A DNA stretch of 64,000 nt from an uncultured delta proteobacterium. GTDB lineage: Bacteria; Desulfobacterota; Binatia; UBA9968. The notes beneath the pieces were generated by a model that saw only the letters and a list, made by a program, of their open reading frames with translations, was not told where the DNA came from and made no database searches. The stretch is taken from contig CAWJBB010000067.1 of assembly GCA_963840855.1 (NCBI GenBank), forward strand, positions 1 to 64,000. The letters are read 5' to 3'. Position numbers and translations under genes: made by a program. Shown here piece after piece: positions 27,961 through 38,599 of this stretch. The first letter of the stretch is position 1. The number at the start of each line of letters is the position of its first letter.

Positions 27961-29685
27961 ATGTCTGATCCCGATCTCATTCGCCTGCGCTCGATGCTCG
28001 CCGCTTTGGCGCCGCAGGGCCGCGCTGCGCTGCTGCCGGCCTTGCAGGCTGCGCAGCAATTCCACGGCTGGCTTCCCGAAGCCGTTGCGGCAGAAGTGGG
28101 CCGGGCCTTGGGGGTAGCGCTCGCCGACGTACACGGCGTCATCGATTTCTATGCCATGCTCTCTCGCCAGCCCATGGGCCGAACCGTCGCGCGTGTCTGT
28201 AGCGCGCCCGTATGCGCCCTCGCCGGGGCCGAAAGACTGGTGGACGCCCTGTGCCGCCACTTGCAGATGGAGCCGGGTGAAGTCAGCTCGGATGGTGAGT
28301 TCACCGTCGAGCATGCTCCCTGCCTGGGCTTGTGCGATCACGCGCCAGCGCTCCTTGTGGGCGAAACCGCTCTCGGGCCTGCGCGTCCCGAGCAAGCAAC
28401 CGAGATCTGCGCGCGCGCCGGTGCAAGACCGATGAGCTTTGTCGGGGGCGATATCCGGATTCTCACGAGCAATTGCGGTCAAGGTCATTCCACGTCTCTT
28501 GCCGACTACAGGAGTGGCGGCGGTTATGCCGGACTGACGAAGGCTTTGACGATGACGCCGCAGGATGTGCTCGCCGAGGTGAAGGCTGCGGGCTTGGTCG
28601 GCCGCGGCGGCGCGGCATTTCCAACCGGAATCAAGTGGGAGGGAGCGGCGAAAGCACTGGGCCATCCCAAGTACATCGTGTGCAACGCCGACGAATCCGA
28701 ACCCGGCACGTTTAAAGACCGCATTCTCATGGAGGAAGACCCGCACCGCACCATTGAAGGGATGATCATCGCGGCCCACGCCGTGGGCGCGCACCGCGGT
28801 TACTTCTACGTTCGCGGCGAGTATCCTTATGCTTTCAAGGTTATGGGCGATGCGCTGGAGGAGGCGCGGCAGGCCGGCGTCATTGGCGGAAATATCCTCG
28901 GCTCCGGATTGGACTTCGATATTGAGATGCGCCTAGGCGCCGGCGCCTACATTTGCGGCGAAGAAACCGCGCTGTTGGAATCCATCGAGGGCAAGCGTGG
29001 CTTCCCGCGCATCAAGCCGCCCTTTCCCACCACCCACGGGTTATTCGGCAAGCCCACCGTGATCAATAACGTGGAGACATTCTGCAACGTGCCGCTGATC
29101 CTCGAACGGGGCGCCGCAGAGTATCGGAAAATGGGGACAGACCGCTCGCCCGGTCCAAAGCTGTTTTGCGTGTCGGGCCAGATACAGAAACCCGGACTTT
29201 ACGAGGTGACGTTCGGCGCCACCTTGCGCCATGTTCTGTTTGATCTCGCGGGCGGACTGAAGCAGGGGCGCAAGCTTCAAGCGGTGCTCTTGGGCGGCGC
29301 GGCGGGCGCGTTTGCCACTGAGAAAGACTTGGACGTGATCTTGTCGTTTGAGCACCTGGGCGCCGCGGGCTTACCGCTCGGCTCCGGCGCAGTCATGGTC
29401 TTCGACGATAGCGCGGACCTGCGCGACGTGCTCAAGCGCATAGGGCAATTCTTTGCTGACGAAAGCTGCGGCAAATGCTATCCCTGCCAGCTCGGCGCGC
29501 GTCGCCAGTATGAAATTCTCGACCGGGCCGGAGCCGGATTTCCCGTTGCCGGCGACCGGGAACGCTTAGCGGATGTGGGTGGCACGATGATCGACGCCTC
29601 CCTGTGCGGCTTGGGCCAGACGGCCGCCACGGCGGTCTTGAGCGCGCTGAAGTTGTGGCCGGAGATGTTTGAGAGCAGAAAATAG
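27961..29685 (+). CDS. NuoE-NuoF-like fused NADH-binding subunit of NAD-dependent formate dehydrogenase
   Basis: N-terminal VCSAPVC...CLGLC 2Fe-2S; [48 protein letters not shown]. Confidence 0.92.
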   Translation: MSDPDLIRLRSMLAALAPQGRAALLPALQAAQQFHGWLPEAVAAEVGRALGVALADVHGVIDFYAMLSRQPMGRTVARVCSAPVCALAGAERLVDALCRHLQMEPGEVSSDGEFTVEHAPCLGLCDHAPALLVGETALGPARPEQATEICARAGARPMSFVGGDIRILTSNCGQGHSTSLADYRSGGGYAGLTKALTMTPQDVLAEVKAAGLVGRGGAAFPTGIKWEGAAKALGHPKYIVCNADESEPGTFKDRILMEEDPHRTIEGMIIAAHAVGAHRGYFYVRGEYPYAFKVMGDALEEARQAGVIGGNILGSGLDFDIEMRLGAGAYICGEETALLESIEGKRGFPRIKPPFPTTHGLFGKPTVINNVETFCNVPLILERGAAEYRKMGTDRSPGPKLFCVSGQIQKPGLYEVTFGATLRHVLFDLAGGLKQGRKLQAVLLGGAAGAFATEKDLDVILSFEHLGAAGLPLGSGAVMVFDDSADLRDVLKRIGQFFADESCGKCYPCQLGARRQYEILDRAGAGFPVAGDRERLADVGGTMIDASLCGLGQTAATAVLSALKLWPEMFESRK

Positions 29686-29689
29686 CGGT

Positions 29690-29750
29690 CTCGTGTCCGT
29701 GGCTCGTGCTCTTGCATCCGAACGATCACGCAGCACGATCACGAGCACGA
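29690..29750. repeat. hairpin of tandem hexamer repeats (CTCGTG / CACGAG-like)
   Basis: ctcgtgtccgtggctcgtgctc ... cacgcagcacgatcacgagcacga inside the fdh operon spacer. Confidence 0.65.
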
Positions 29751-29768
29751 TTTGCAGCAAGGAAGTAT

Positions 29769-30470
29769 ATGGCTGATGTCACACTCACCATCGATGGCGC
29801 TGCTGTCGCCGTGTCTTCGGACACGACGATACTCAAAGCCGCACAACAGCTCGGCCGGCATATTCCTACCATTTGCTATCACGAGCACTGTACGGCTAAT
29901 GGTCTCTGCCGCATCTGCGTCGTCGAAGTCGACGGCGTGAAGCCGCTTGTGCCGGCGTGTTTGAGCCGGGTGAGCCAAGGAATGAAAGTCTCTACCTCGA
30001 GCGCGCGTGCCGAGCGCAGCCGCCGCACCATCCTGGAGATGCTCGCCTCCGCTGTGGATCTTACTCAGGCGCCGGAGATTCAAATGTTCATGGAGGAAAA
30101 TCGCGCCGACCCCGCGCGCTTTCCCGGCGCCGAGCGGCGCGAGTATCCGGTGCTCGATGACAACCCGATGTATATCCGGGACTATTCCAAGTGCATCCTG
30201 TGCTGGCGCTGCGTTCAGGTGTGCGCCGACGACGCGCAGTTTACCTACGCGATCAACTTCAAAGGGCGCGGTTTTAAAACCGGCATCGGCACCTTCTTTG
30301 ACAAGCCCATGCCTGAAACAAGCTGCGTATTTTGCGGCCAGTGCGTGGGGGTCTGCCCCACCGGCGCGCTCAAGTCCAAGCGCGAGTGGCTGCTCGAGCA
30401 GGGATCAACGTTGGATGAAATTATGCAGGCAACCAGGGGCGGAAAAAAGCGTCGGAGGAAGTCCCCATGA
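29769..30470 (+). CDS. Fe-S subunit (2Fe-2S plus two 4Fe-4S), NuoG/FdsA N-terminal-like
   Basis: IPTICY...GLCRICVVE...PAC; [11 protein letters not shown]; [12 protein letters not shown]. Confidence 0.9.
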   Translation: MADVTLTIDGAAVAVSSDTTILKAAQQLGRHIPTICYHEHCTANGLCRICVVEVDGVKPLVPACLSRVSQGMKVSTSSARAERSRRTILEMLASAVDLTQAPEIQMFMEENRADPARFPGAERREYPVLDDNPMYIRDYSKCILCWRCVQVCADDAQFTYAINFKGRGFKTGIGTFFDKPMPETSCVFCGQCVGVCPTGALKSKREWLLEQGSTLDEIMQATRGGKKRRRKSP

Positions 30471-32629
30471 TCGCGCCCGATCGCATCGTCGCGACCACAT
30501 GCCCCTACTGCGGCGTGGGATGCAACCTGGAGCTGCACATCAAGGACGACTACGTCTACAAAGTGACGTCGCCGTTTGACGCGGTGGTCAACCACGGCAA
30601 CCTGTGCGTCAAAGGACGTTTCGGTTACGATTTCATTTACAACAAGGACCGGGTGACGACGCCGCTTATTCGCAAGACAGCGCAGGCGCCTGGCGCGCGC
30701 ACCCAGGCCTTCGACCGCGACCAGTGGCGCGAGGTCTCCTGGGACGAGGCCCTCGATTACACCGCCGGCCGGTTGATCGAGATTTTCAAGCGCGATGGCG
30801 CAGACGCCATGGCGGTCTACTGCTGCGCCAAAGCAACCAACGAGGACAACTATCTCCTGCAGAAGCTGTTCCGCGCCCTGTTCCGTACCAATAACGTGGA
30901 TCACTGCACCCGCTTGTGCCATGCCGGCTCGGTGGTCGCGCTGCAAATGGCGATCGGCTCCTCGGCCATGAGCAACACCGCCGCCGAGGTCATTCACAGC
31001 GACGTTTTTCTCGTGACCGGCTCCAACACGGCCGAGACTCATCCGATCATTGCGCTGCAAATGAAGGCGGCCGTGGCCAACCACGGCGCCAAGCTCATCG
31101 TCGTGGATCCCCGGCGGGTGGAGATGGTCGACTGGGCTGCGCTCTGGTTGCCCGAGAAGCCGGGCACCGACGTGCCGCTCTTTTCCGCCATGGCGCATGT
31201 CATCATCAAGGAGCGGCTTTATAACCAGGATTTCATCGAGCGGCGCACCGAAGGTTTCAGAGACTTCTCCAAATCAATGGAGAAATTCACCCCCGCATAC
31301 GCCGAGGCGATTTCCGGCGTGGACCGCAATCTGATCGTCGAGGCGGCCCGGATGTACGCCACGGCAAAGAACGCGGGGATTTATTGGGCGCTGGGTATTC
31401 CAGAGCATTCGCACGGCACCGACAACGCGATGTCCCTCATCCACCTGGCGCTGCTCACCGGCCACATCGGCCGCAAAGGCACCGGTCTCAATCCGCTGCG
31501 CGGACAAAACAACGTGCAGGGCGCGTCGGATTCCGGCGCCATGCCATGGCACTATCCGGGTTATCAGCGGGTCGACGACGAAGCGGCGGCGCGCAAATTC
31601 GAGCAGGCTTGGCAGAGCGAGCCCGGCGCGCTGAACCGCAAGCTGGGGCTGACGACAACCGAGATCATGAGCGCGGTCAGGCCGGGCGGGGTGCGCGCTC
31701 TTCACATCATGGGCGAGAATCCGATGATGTCCGAGCCCAACCTCAACCACACGCGCCATATGATCGAGCAGTTGGAGTTCCTGGTGGCGCAGGATTTGTT
31801 CATCAACGAGTCCGGCGCCTATGCCGACGTCTTCCTGCCGGCGGCTTCCTGGGCGGAGAAGGAGGGCACGTTTACCAATACCGACCGCCGCGTCCAACGC
31901 GTGCGCAAGGCGCTGGAGCCGCGCGGCCAGTCGCGGCCCGATTGGGAAATTATCTGTGGTCTTGCCGAGCGCATCGAGAAGCGGCTTGGCCGTCCGCAGA
32001 CAGCCTTCTGGGCATACCAGAGCCCAGCCGAAGTGCTCGAAGAGATGGGCCGTGTGGTTCCTGAATATGCCGGAGTGAAATATCGGCGCATCGAAAACCA
32101 GGGCTTGCAGACGCCGGTGTGGGATGACAACCATCCCGGCACGCCCTATCTCTTCGCTGAAACTTTTCCCAGCGGCAAGGGCAAGTTCCACCCCCTCGAG
32201 TACGTGCCGTCGGTGGAGATGCCGGACGATGAATACCCTTTCATCCTCACAACCGGACGCCTGCTCGAACACTGGCACGGCGGCACCCTCACGCGCCATT
32301 CGAAGCTCGACGAGCTCTATCCCGAGGCGCGCATCGAAATAAATCCAGCGGATGCCGCCCGCCTCAAGATCGAAGACGGAGAATCGGTGCGCGTCTCGTC
32401 GCGGCGCGGCTCCATCGTCCTGCGCGCCTGGGTGACACAGCGAACAACCGTGGGCGTGGTCTTCATCCCCATGCATTTTGCCGAAGCCGCCGCGAACCTG
32501 CTCACCATCGACGCCCTGGATCCGCTGGCCAAGATTCCTGAGTACAAGGCCTGCGCAGTGCGGGTCGTACCCGCGGACAAGGAACAACTAGCGCGGCCAG
32601 AGGGAAAAGTGGAAAGGGGGAGATACTAG
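30467..32629 (+). CDS. fdhF: formate dehydrogenase alpha subunit (Mo/W-bisPGD, Cys ligand)
   Basis: [61 protein letters not shown]. Confidence 0.93.
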   Translation: MIAPDRIVATTCPYCGVGCNLELHIKDDYVYKVTSPFDAVVNHGNLCVKGRFGYDFIYNKDRVTTPLIRKTAQAPGARTQAFDRDQWREVSWDEALDYTAGRLIEIFKRDGADAMAVYCCAKATNEDNYLLQKLFRALFRTNNVDHCTRLCHAGSVVALQMAIGSSAMSNTAAEVIHSDVFLVTGSNTAETHPIIALQMKAAVANHGAKLIVVDPRRVEMVDWAALWLPEKPGTDVPLFSAMAHVIIKERLYNQDFIERRTEGFRDFSKSMEKFTPAYAEAISGVDRNLIVEAARMYATAKNAGIYWALGIPEHSHGTDNAMSLIHLALLTGHIGRKGTGLNPLRGQNNVQGASDSGAMPWHYPGYQRVDDEAAARKFEQAWQSEPGALNRKLGLTTTEIMSAVRPGGVRALHIMGENPMMSEPNLNHTRHMIEQLEFLVAQDLFINESGAYADVFLPAASWAEKEGTFTNTDRRVQRVRKALEPRGQSRPDWEIICGLAERIEKRLGRPQTAFWAYQSPAEVLEEMGRVVPEYAGVKYRRIENQGLQTPVWDDNHPGTPYLFAETFPSGKGKFHPLEYVPSVEMPDDEYPFILTTGRLLEHWHGGTLTRHSKLDELYPEARIEINPADAARLKIEDGESVRVSSRRGSIVLRAWVTQRTTVGVVFIPMHFAEAAANLLTIDALDPLAKIPEYKACAVRVVPADKEQLARPEGKVERGRY

Positions 32630-32737
32630 CGCGAAGGAACCCGTTCAAGCCGTCCAAAACGTGTTCTGAACGGTCCAGTCGTGATGTCATCCTGAATAGC
32701 TTCGCTTTGTAACTATCAACGTCGAATTCCTCTAGAC

Positions 32738-33652
32738 TTGCGATCCTTGCGGCCGGTAATCTTGCGAATGATCCGCACTCAGCATCGACGATTGACCGCC
32801 GCAATAAGGATTGGAACCAACCGATTGTACACGAACGTAGTTCCAAAGCTACGACTTGGGTGGCTACTGCTAGCCTGGGTCGCCGGCATGTGCGCCTCCG
32901 CCGCGCATGGAGCCGAGATTAAAATCGCCGGCCAAGCCGCGGTACTCATGGAAACGCGTGGGGGCAAGATACTCTGGCAGCGCAATCAAGACCTCTCTCT
33001 AGCACCGGCAAGTACGACAAAAATTCTTACCGCCCTGGTTGTGCTCGAACGAAGCCAAGCTAGCGACATCGTCACGATTCCCGGTGAAGCGACGCTCGCC
33101 ACCGGAGGGACCGTCCATCTTCAAACGGGCGAGCGGCTGTCCGTTGAACAATTGCTGTACGGCATGATGCTTGGGTCCGCCAACGACGCGGCCATCGCGC
33201 TGGCAACACACGCCGGTGGCTCCGTGGAGAAATTCGTCGGTCTGATGAATGACAAAGCGCGGAGTCTCGGCGCCCTCCGGTCTAGCTTTCGCAATCCCAC
33301 CGGACTGCCGCAAAAAGGCCATGTGACGACGGCGCGTGATCTGGCGATGATTACCCGAGCGGCGCTGGCAAATGTTGAGTTTCGCAAGATCGTCGCCGCG
33401 AAAAACCTGCCATGGAAAAGTGCCAAGTGGCAAGGTGAGCTCAAAAACTCTAACGTGCTATTGAAAACCTACCACGGCGCTATCGGTGTTAAAACGGGAC
33501 AAACCAGCGAAGCCGGTTTTTGTTTCGTGGCCGCGGCCGCGCGCGGCGAAGAAAATTTCATCGCGGTGATTCTCAAAAGCACCGAGAAGTCCGGCTGGCA
33601 AGATGCGCAAAAGCTTCTCGACCATGGCTTCAAAAATTTCGCCGCCAAGTAG
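32738..33652 (+). CDS. D-alanyl-D-alanine carboxypeptidase (peptidase S11); start uncertain
   Basis: ASTTK, SAN and KTG penicillin-binding motifs. Confidence 0.9.
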   Translation: MRSLRPVILRMIRTQHRRLTAAIRIGTNRLYTNVVPKLRLGWLLLAWVAGMCASAAHGAEIKIAGQAAVLMETRGGKILWQRNQDLSLAPASTTKILTALVVLERSQASDIVTIPGEATLATGGTVHLQTGERLSVEQLLYGMMLGSANDAAIALATHAGGSVEKFVGLMNDKARSLGALRSSFRNPTGLPQKGHVTTARDLAMITRAALANVEFRKIVAAKNLPWKSAKWQGELKNSNVLLKTYHGAIGVKTGQTSEAGFCFVAAAARGEENFIAVILKSTEKSGWQDAQKLLDHGFKNFAAK

Positions 33653-33791
33653 CCAGAACTATTTACCGAAGCGACCTGGGAGCTGCCAAGCATCGACGCT
33701 ATCGCGCGCCTCCGGACCGCAGTCCGAACCGGCTTGTAGGTAACTGCCGAAACATGCTAACGAAGGGAAAAATCGCAGGAGGTGCGCGCCG

Positions 33792-34502
33792 ATGAAAATT
33801 GTCAATCGCGATTTAACGACGGAAAAGGACGGCGTCCCGGGCTACCTCGCCCATCCTGACCGCAAAGAACCCGGTCCCGGCGTGCTGATCGTACATCACC
33901 ACTACGGCGTAACCGGAAACATGAAGGTAAACGTCTGCAACTACGCTAAACTGGGCTACACGACGATCGTCCCCGACCTCTACAAGATGCTCGGCGCCGC
34001 CGACGGCGTCCATGAAGCGCAGAAACACACCACTGACGGTCAGTTCGTGGAGATCATCAACAAAGCCTGGCGCTATCTCACGTCGCGGCCCGAAGTGGAC
34101 AGCAAGCGCTGCGCCGTCGTCGGCTACTGCATGGGTGGCCGCATCGGTATCCACTTCGTCGCCGTGACGCCGAGCGCGAAAGGTTTCGTCGGCTATTACC
34201 CCTCGGTGCGCGATGAAGGACCGAGCGCGCTTCGCCCGCGCCATCCCAACGAAGCGGCGCGCGACTTCAAATGCCCGTCCCTGATTTTCTTCGGCAACAA
34301 GGACCACGTCGCAAGCGTTCCCGTGCAACAGCGCTTGATGGAAAGCTTTCAAGCCAACGGCCAGCCGCTGGATTGGCACTTCTTGCACAACGCCGGCCAC
34401 GGCTTCGCCATGGCCGATGGCGAGTGCTACGATCCGCGTTTGGCGGACCTTGCCTGGACGCTCACTGCGGATTTTTTGACGCGGGAGCTGGGGAACGAAT
34501 AA
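33792..34502 (+). CDS. dienelactone hydrolase family protein
   Basis: VVGYCMGG, G.KD, AGHGF. Confidence 0.9.
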   Translation: MKIVNRDLTTEKDGVPGYLAHPDRKEPGPGVLIVHHHYGVTGNMKVNVCNYAKLGYTTIVPDLYKMLGAADGVHEAQKHTTDGQFVEIINKAWRYLTSRPEVDSKRCAVVGYCMGGRIGIHFVAVTPSAKGFVGYYPSVRDEGPSALRPRHPNEAARDFKCPSLIFFGNKDHVASVPVQQRLMESFQANGQPLDWHFLHNAGHGFAMADGECYDPRLADLAWTLTADFLTRELGNE

Positions 34503-34628
34503 GCCGACCGGTTCAACGTATTCCGGTCCTTTATGAACCGCGTAGGGATGATTCCTAACTTTGAACCTTTCTCAGCGCGCTCCGCGTCTCCGTGGTGAAA
34601 TCTCCTAATCTGCACCTAGCTCTCTGGC

Positions 34629-35804
34629 CTATATGATGCCCTTTTCCTTGAACGTGGCGATCTTGTTCTCGTCATAGCCCAGCGCCGTCAAAAACTCTTG
34701 GTTATTTCCCCCTAGCTCCGGCGGCGGAATCGGATGGGGCGCCTTGGTGTCGCTGTATTCGAGAGGAAATTTTACCGTGCGGATAGTCGGCTTGCCTTTC
34801 CGCTCGATCTGAATCTGCAAGCCCATGTGTTGGACCTGGGGGTCTTCGAATACTTCTTTCAAATTGTAAACCGGCGTATGCGGCACATCATGGGCTTCAA
34901 GCCGTTCCAGCCAGTGTGCGCGAGGTTTTGCCTTGAAAAACTCCGCGAAAACTCTGCTCAGCTCATCGTAATTCTTGCGCCGCTCCGCCCGCGTTTTGAA
35001 TCGCTCATCATCGATCAACTCGGGATGCTCCACCGCATTGCACAATCCTTCCCAAAATTTCTGTGGCGAGGAAAGGTGAATCGCCAGCATGGCACCCTCC
35101 AAGCAGGAAAAGGCATAGGTCTGCGACTGGCGCGGCCGCGTGTACGGGCCGGGCACTCGACCATGGGAGAGTGTCTCCGTCGCCGGCGCGTTCAAGAACG
35201 CCAGGATAGAGCCGACCATCGTCGCATCGATCTGTTGTCCTTTCCCCGTGCGGGTCCGTGCCATCAATGCGCTCAACACACCGAGCGCCGAAAACATGCC
35301 GCTCAGGCAGTCCGAGTAGGCCGGACCGATGGGCTTCGGATTTTTCGGATCCATGAGCACGCTCATCATGCCGCCCATGCCTTGCCCGACGGTGTCATAA
35401 GCGGGCCGGTTGACGTAAGGCCCCGTGGGACCGGTGCCCGTGATCGAGCAGCAAACGATTCGTTCGTTGATCTTGCGCAAAGTCTCGAAATCAATTCCAA
35501 GTTTTTTCGTCACGCCGGGGCGATAGTTGTCCATCACCACGTCCGCATTTTTAACCAGCCCGTAGAAAATTTCTTTGCCCTCGGCTGTCTGCAAGTTCAA
35601 CGTGATGCTTTTCTTACCGCGGTTGTAGGCCCAGAAATTCGGCTGATCGCCGCCCAGGTCCCAGCCGCGGAACGGATCGCCGCCCTTGGGATTTTCAACT
35701 TTGATCACTTCCGCGCCCATGTCCGCGAGCAGCATCGCGCCGTAGGGCCCGGAAATAAAATTGCCTAACTCCAAAACCCGAATGCCATCCAATGAACCGC
35801 TCAT
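34629..35804 (-). CDS. CoA transferase, CaiB/BaiF family III
   Basis: LADMGAEVIKVE, NRGKKSITLNL, GPYVNRPAYD. Confidence 0.92.
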   Translation of the reverse strand: MSGSLDGIRVLELGNFISGPYGAMLLADMGAEVIKVENPKGGDPFRGWDLGGDQPNFWAYNRGKKSITLNLQTAEGKEIFYGLVKNADVVMDNYRPGVTKKLGIDFETLRKINERIVCCSITGTGPTGPYVNRPAYDTVGQGMGGMMSVLMDPKNPKPIGPAYSDCLSGMFSALGVLSALMARTRTGKGQQIDATMVGSILAFLNAPATETLSHGRVPGPYTRPRQSQTYAFSCLEGAMLAIHLSSPQKFWEGLCNAVEHPELIDDERFKTRAERRKNYDELSRVFAEFFKAKPRAHWLERLEAHDVPHTPVYNLKEVFEDPQVQHMGLQIQIERKGKPTIRTVKFPLEYSDTKAPHPIPPPELGGNNQEFLTALGYDENKIATFKEKGII

Positions 35805-35948
35805 TCTTGATCTCCTTACTCCAGGGTAGTCTCTCTATCCCGGCTCGTGTTACCTCACGCCTCGCGCCTATTTTTCTATTGCCTATTGCCTAATGCTTTC
35901 CTATTCGGATATTGAAACTTCATATCTTTCATTGCAAAGGAGAACAAG

Positions 35949-37316
35949 ATGGCCACACCCCCACCCGTAACTGATACCCTCGCGCGCTTCGTCGCCGAAA
36001 CTAACTATTCCACCATATCGGAAAAGGCTTTAGCCAATGCCAAGATGCATATTCTAGACACGCTTGGGGTCGCGCTAGTTGGCGTTTCAACGGACGCGCC
36101 CCGCATAGCATTGGAATATTGCAAGCGCTTCGGCGATAGCCAGGAGTCGGCGATCTGGGGGACCCGTCAGAGGAGTTCCACTCCTATGGCCGCCTTCGCC
36201 AACGGCCTGATGGCCCACGCCATCGATTACGACGACTGGGAACCTTTCGTCCATGCCGGACATCCCAGCAGCATGGTCGTCGGCGCGGCGCTCAGCCTGG
36301 GGGAAAACATCGGCGCATCGGGCAACGAGCTGCTTAAAGCCTACGCGTTAGGTATCGAAGTTCTTACGAAGATCGCCGCGGGAAGCCCTAACCTGCAAGC
36401 TCGTGGTTTTCACAGCACACCGGTTTTGGGAAGCATCGGGGCAGCGGTCGCGTGCGCCAGCTTGCTTAAGCTCGACCCGGGGAAAATCAAAGCGGCTTTG
36501 GGCGTCGCCGCGTCCGGCTGCGGCGGCATCCACCGCCAGCAGGGCTCGATGGTCAAACCCTTCCACGCCGGCAACTCGGCGCGCAACGGCGTCGAAGCCG
36601 CTCTACTCGCCGAGAAAGGCTTCACTGCGGACCCCGCCATCTTCGAGGCGCCGCGCGGCTTCTGCGATACATTTTTCGGCAAGGACACGTGCGACTACGA
36701 CCAGATGATCACCAACATCGGCAAGCCCTATTTTCTCGAAGCTCCCGGTCTCGGCCTGAAGATGCACCCTTGCAGCGCACCGCAGTTTCTCGCGGCCGAC
36801 GCGGCGTTGCACCTCAATCGCGAGCATAAAATTAACTTCGCCGACGTGGCCAAGATCGAAGTCAGAATCCCACCGGAACGCTACAAGCGCCACTACCATG
36901 CCGAGGTAAGGACCGGCCTGCGCGGCAAATTCGCGATCAACTACGTCGTCGCGCTGGGTGTCATGGACGGCAAGCTGGAGATTGCCACGTTCACCGATGA
37001 GAAAGTAAACCAGCCGCAAACGCAAGAAGCGCTAGGTAAAGTGAACGTTATCGTCGATGAATCGATTCCCGAACCGGGACCCTATTGTCCGGTCTCCGTG
37101 GAGATGAAAAACGGCGCGCGTTTCTCCCACACGGCAAGAATCGCCAAGGGCGATCCGCGCAATCCGATGACCGACGAAGAAGTGCTGCAGAAGTTTCGTA
37201 GCAACGCGAAGTCGGTGCTCTCCCAAGAGCAAGCCGGGAAATTAGCCGCCGTCGTCCACGATCTCGAAGCCGTGAGTGACATCCGGCAAGTAACGGCTCT
37301 CCTGACCCCGCTGTGA
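35949..37316 (+). CDS. MmgE/PrpD family protein
   Basis: ANGLMAHAIDYDD, HPS, GFHST, KPFHAG, KGDPRNPM. Confidence 0.92.
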   Translation: MATPPPVTDTLARFVAETNYSTISEKALANAKMHILDTLGVALVGVSTDAPRIALEYCKRFGDSQESAIWGTRQRSSTPMAAFANGLMAHAIDYDDWEPFVHAGHPSSMVVGAALSLGENIGASGNELLKAYALGIEVLTKIAAGSPNLQARGFHSTPVLGSIGAAVACASLLKLDPGKIKAALGVAASGCGGIHRQQGSMVKPFHAGNSARNGVEAALLAEKGFTADPAIFEAPRGFCDTFFGKDTCDYDQMITNIGKPYFLEAPGLGLKMHPCSAPQFLAADAALHLNREHKINFADVAKIEVRIPPERYKRHYHAEVRTGLRGKFAINYVVALGVMDGKLEIATFTDEKVNQPQTQEALGKVNVIVDESIPEPGPYCPVSVEMKNGARFSHTARIAKGDPRNPMTDEEVLQKFRSNAKSVLSQEQAGKLAAVVHDLEAVSDIRQVTALLTPL

Positions 37317-37335
37317 CGGTCGCCGCTCAGCGGCG

Positions 37336-37407
37336 GTTCGAAGTTCAACGTTCAACGTTCAACGTCCCCCCTCCCCACCTTGAACCTTAAACGTTGAACT
37401 CTGAACT
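37336..37407. repeat. hairpin of tandem heptamers (GTTCAAC)n / (NNTTGAA)n
   Basis: gttcgaa gttcaac gttcaac gttcaac ... ccttgaa ccttaaa cgttgaa ctctgaa between convergent genes. Confidence 0.8.
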
Positions 37408-38305
37408 ATATCTTTTGCGGCAGAGCTTTTTTCAACGCTGCGCGCGGGATCTTGTAACGGTTATAACTCCAATTGTATTGACTTGGACAGCGTCGCACCA
37501 GGTCTTCGATGACGCGATTGAGCGCAGCCTCGTCAAAATCTTCCTCTGGCACCGGCTGATACTCGATGCGGTAGCCCTTGCCGCGCGGCAGGCGCTCGGC
37601 AAAGCAAGCGATCAATGCCGCCCCCGTAGCGCGCTGGAGTTTCTTGACCAGCGTCATGGTATAAGCAGGCCTGCCGAAGAAATCAGCCCACACTCCCCCT
37701 TCCGAATTCGGCGCCTGGTCCGGCGGCAGCGCGACTCCTTCGCCCCGTTTCAAAGCCCGCAAGAGCTTCTCGACACCTTTGAAGTCAGTGGCGGCCATTG
37801 AAATTTGCGCGCTTTGACCTCCTGACAACATGATAGGATGGCGCCACGGCTCCCGCGGCGGGCGATACAAAAGCGTGAGGGGCACATGTTGTCCGGTATA
37901 GCGCACGGCAATGGGAAATGAACCGAGATGAGGCAAGAGAAAAATGATACCTTTGCCGCGCCGATGCGCTTTCTCCACGAGATCCAAACCATGGCACTCG
38001 GCACAGAGACGATCGAACTCCGCTTGCGGCGCGTACCATCCTTTGAACCATTCGATGACGCTCTTACCCGCCTGGCTGATGGATTCCTTCAGTAGCGCCC
38101 GGTATTCTATTTCGCTCGAGCATATTCCGCTGCCCTGGAGACTATCCCGCAGCCGTTTGGCTTCTCTGCGCGAGCACCAATATGTGCACCAGCCGACAGT
38201 AACGCCAACGCGGTGGTACCAGCGCATCGGCACTCGACTTATGAATTTCAGAAAAGCAATTAGCATGGAGAGTACTGCGGAGTTCAAAGCGTTCAAGCCG
38301 TTCAA
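37406..38305 (-). CDS. lipid A late acyltransferase (LpxL/HtrB-like); start uncertain
   Basis: GKGIIFLLPHLG, LYRPP, LPPDQAP, WADFFGRPAYTMTL, PSQYNWSYNRYK. Confidence 0.85.
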   Translation of the reverse strand: MNGLNALNSAVLSMLIAFLKFISRVPMRWYHRVGVTVGWCTYWCSRREAKRLRDSLQGSGICSSEIEYRALLKESISQAGKSVIEWFKGWYAPQAEFDRLCAECHGLDLVEKAHRRGKGIIFLLPHLGSFPIAVRYTGQHVPLTLLYRPPREPWRHPIMLSGGQSAQISMAATDFKGVEKLLRALKRGEGVALPPDQAPNSEGGVWADFFGRPAYTMTLVKKLQRATGAALIACFAERLPRGKGYRIEYQPVPEEDFDEAALNRVIEDLVRRCPSQYNWSYNRYKIPRAALKKALPQKI

Positions 38306-38377
38306 TACGATTTCAACGAATACGGCCTGGGCGGTTCAATCGCATGGACATCCTAATTCAACTGCGGTAAGGAACCA

Positions 38378-38560
38378 ACTAGTGTGGTGTCCCAGAAATT
38401 CATCGGCACAGTCGGTACTCGTTCTTTATCATTTCCGCGCAAGCGGGAATCCAGGGGTTTTTTTTCTGCTTTCCTGGATTCCGGCTCTCGCGTGCTCCCG
38501 CCCGCTCGGCCAAAATGACGCCGGAATTGTGTCAACGAACTTACGGGACACCATGCTAGT
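38378..38560. mobile_element. MITE-like element with terminal inverted repeats enclosing a REP-like palindrome
   Basis: actagtgtggtgtccc...gggacaccatgctagt ends; internal tcatttccgcgcaagcgggaatccagg...cctggattcc...aatgac. Confidence 0.6.
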
Positions 38561-38599
38561 TCGCGCTTTCTCCACGAAAAGAACTTACGGAGGTTTCCC

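Noticed and set aside
30890-30930. Selenocysteine in the FDH alpha subunit
   Set aside because: The ligand codon is TGC (TRLCH), not TGA
31274-32587. Long antisense ORFs (also 11854-12789, 34734-35768, 60568-61365)
   Set aside because: Shadow frames of GC-rich genes that have clear family motifs on the other strand
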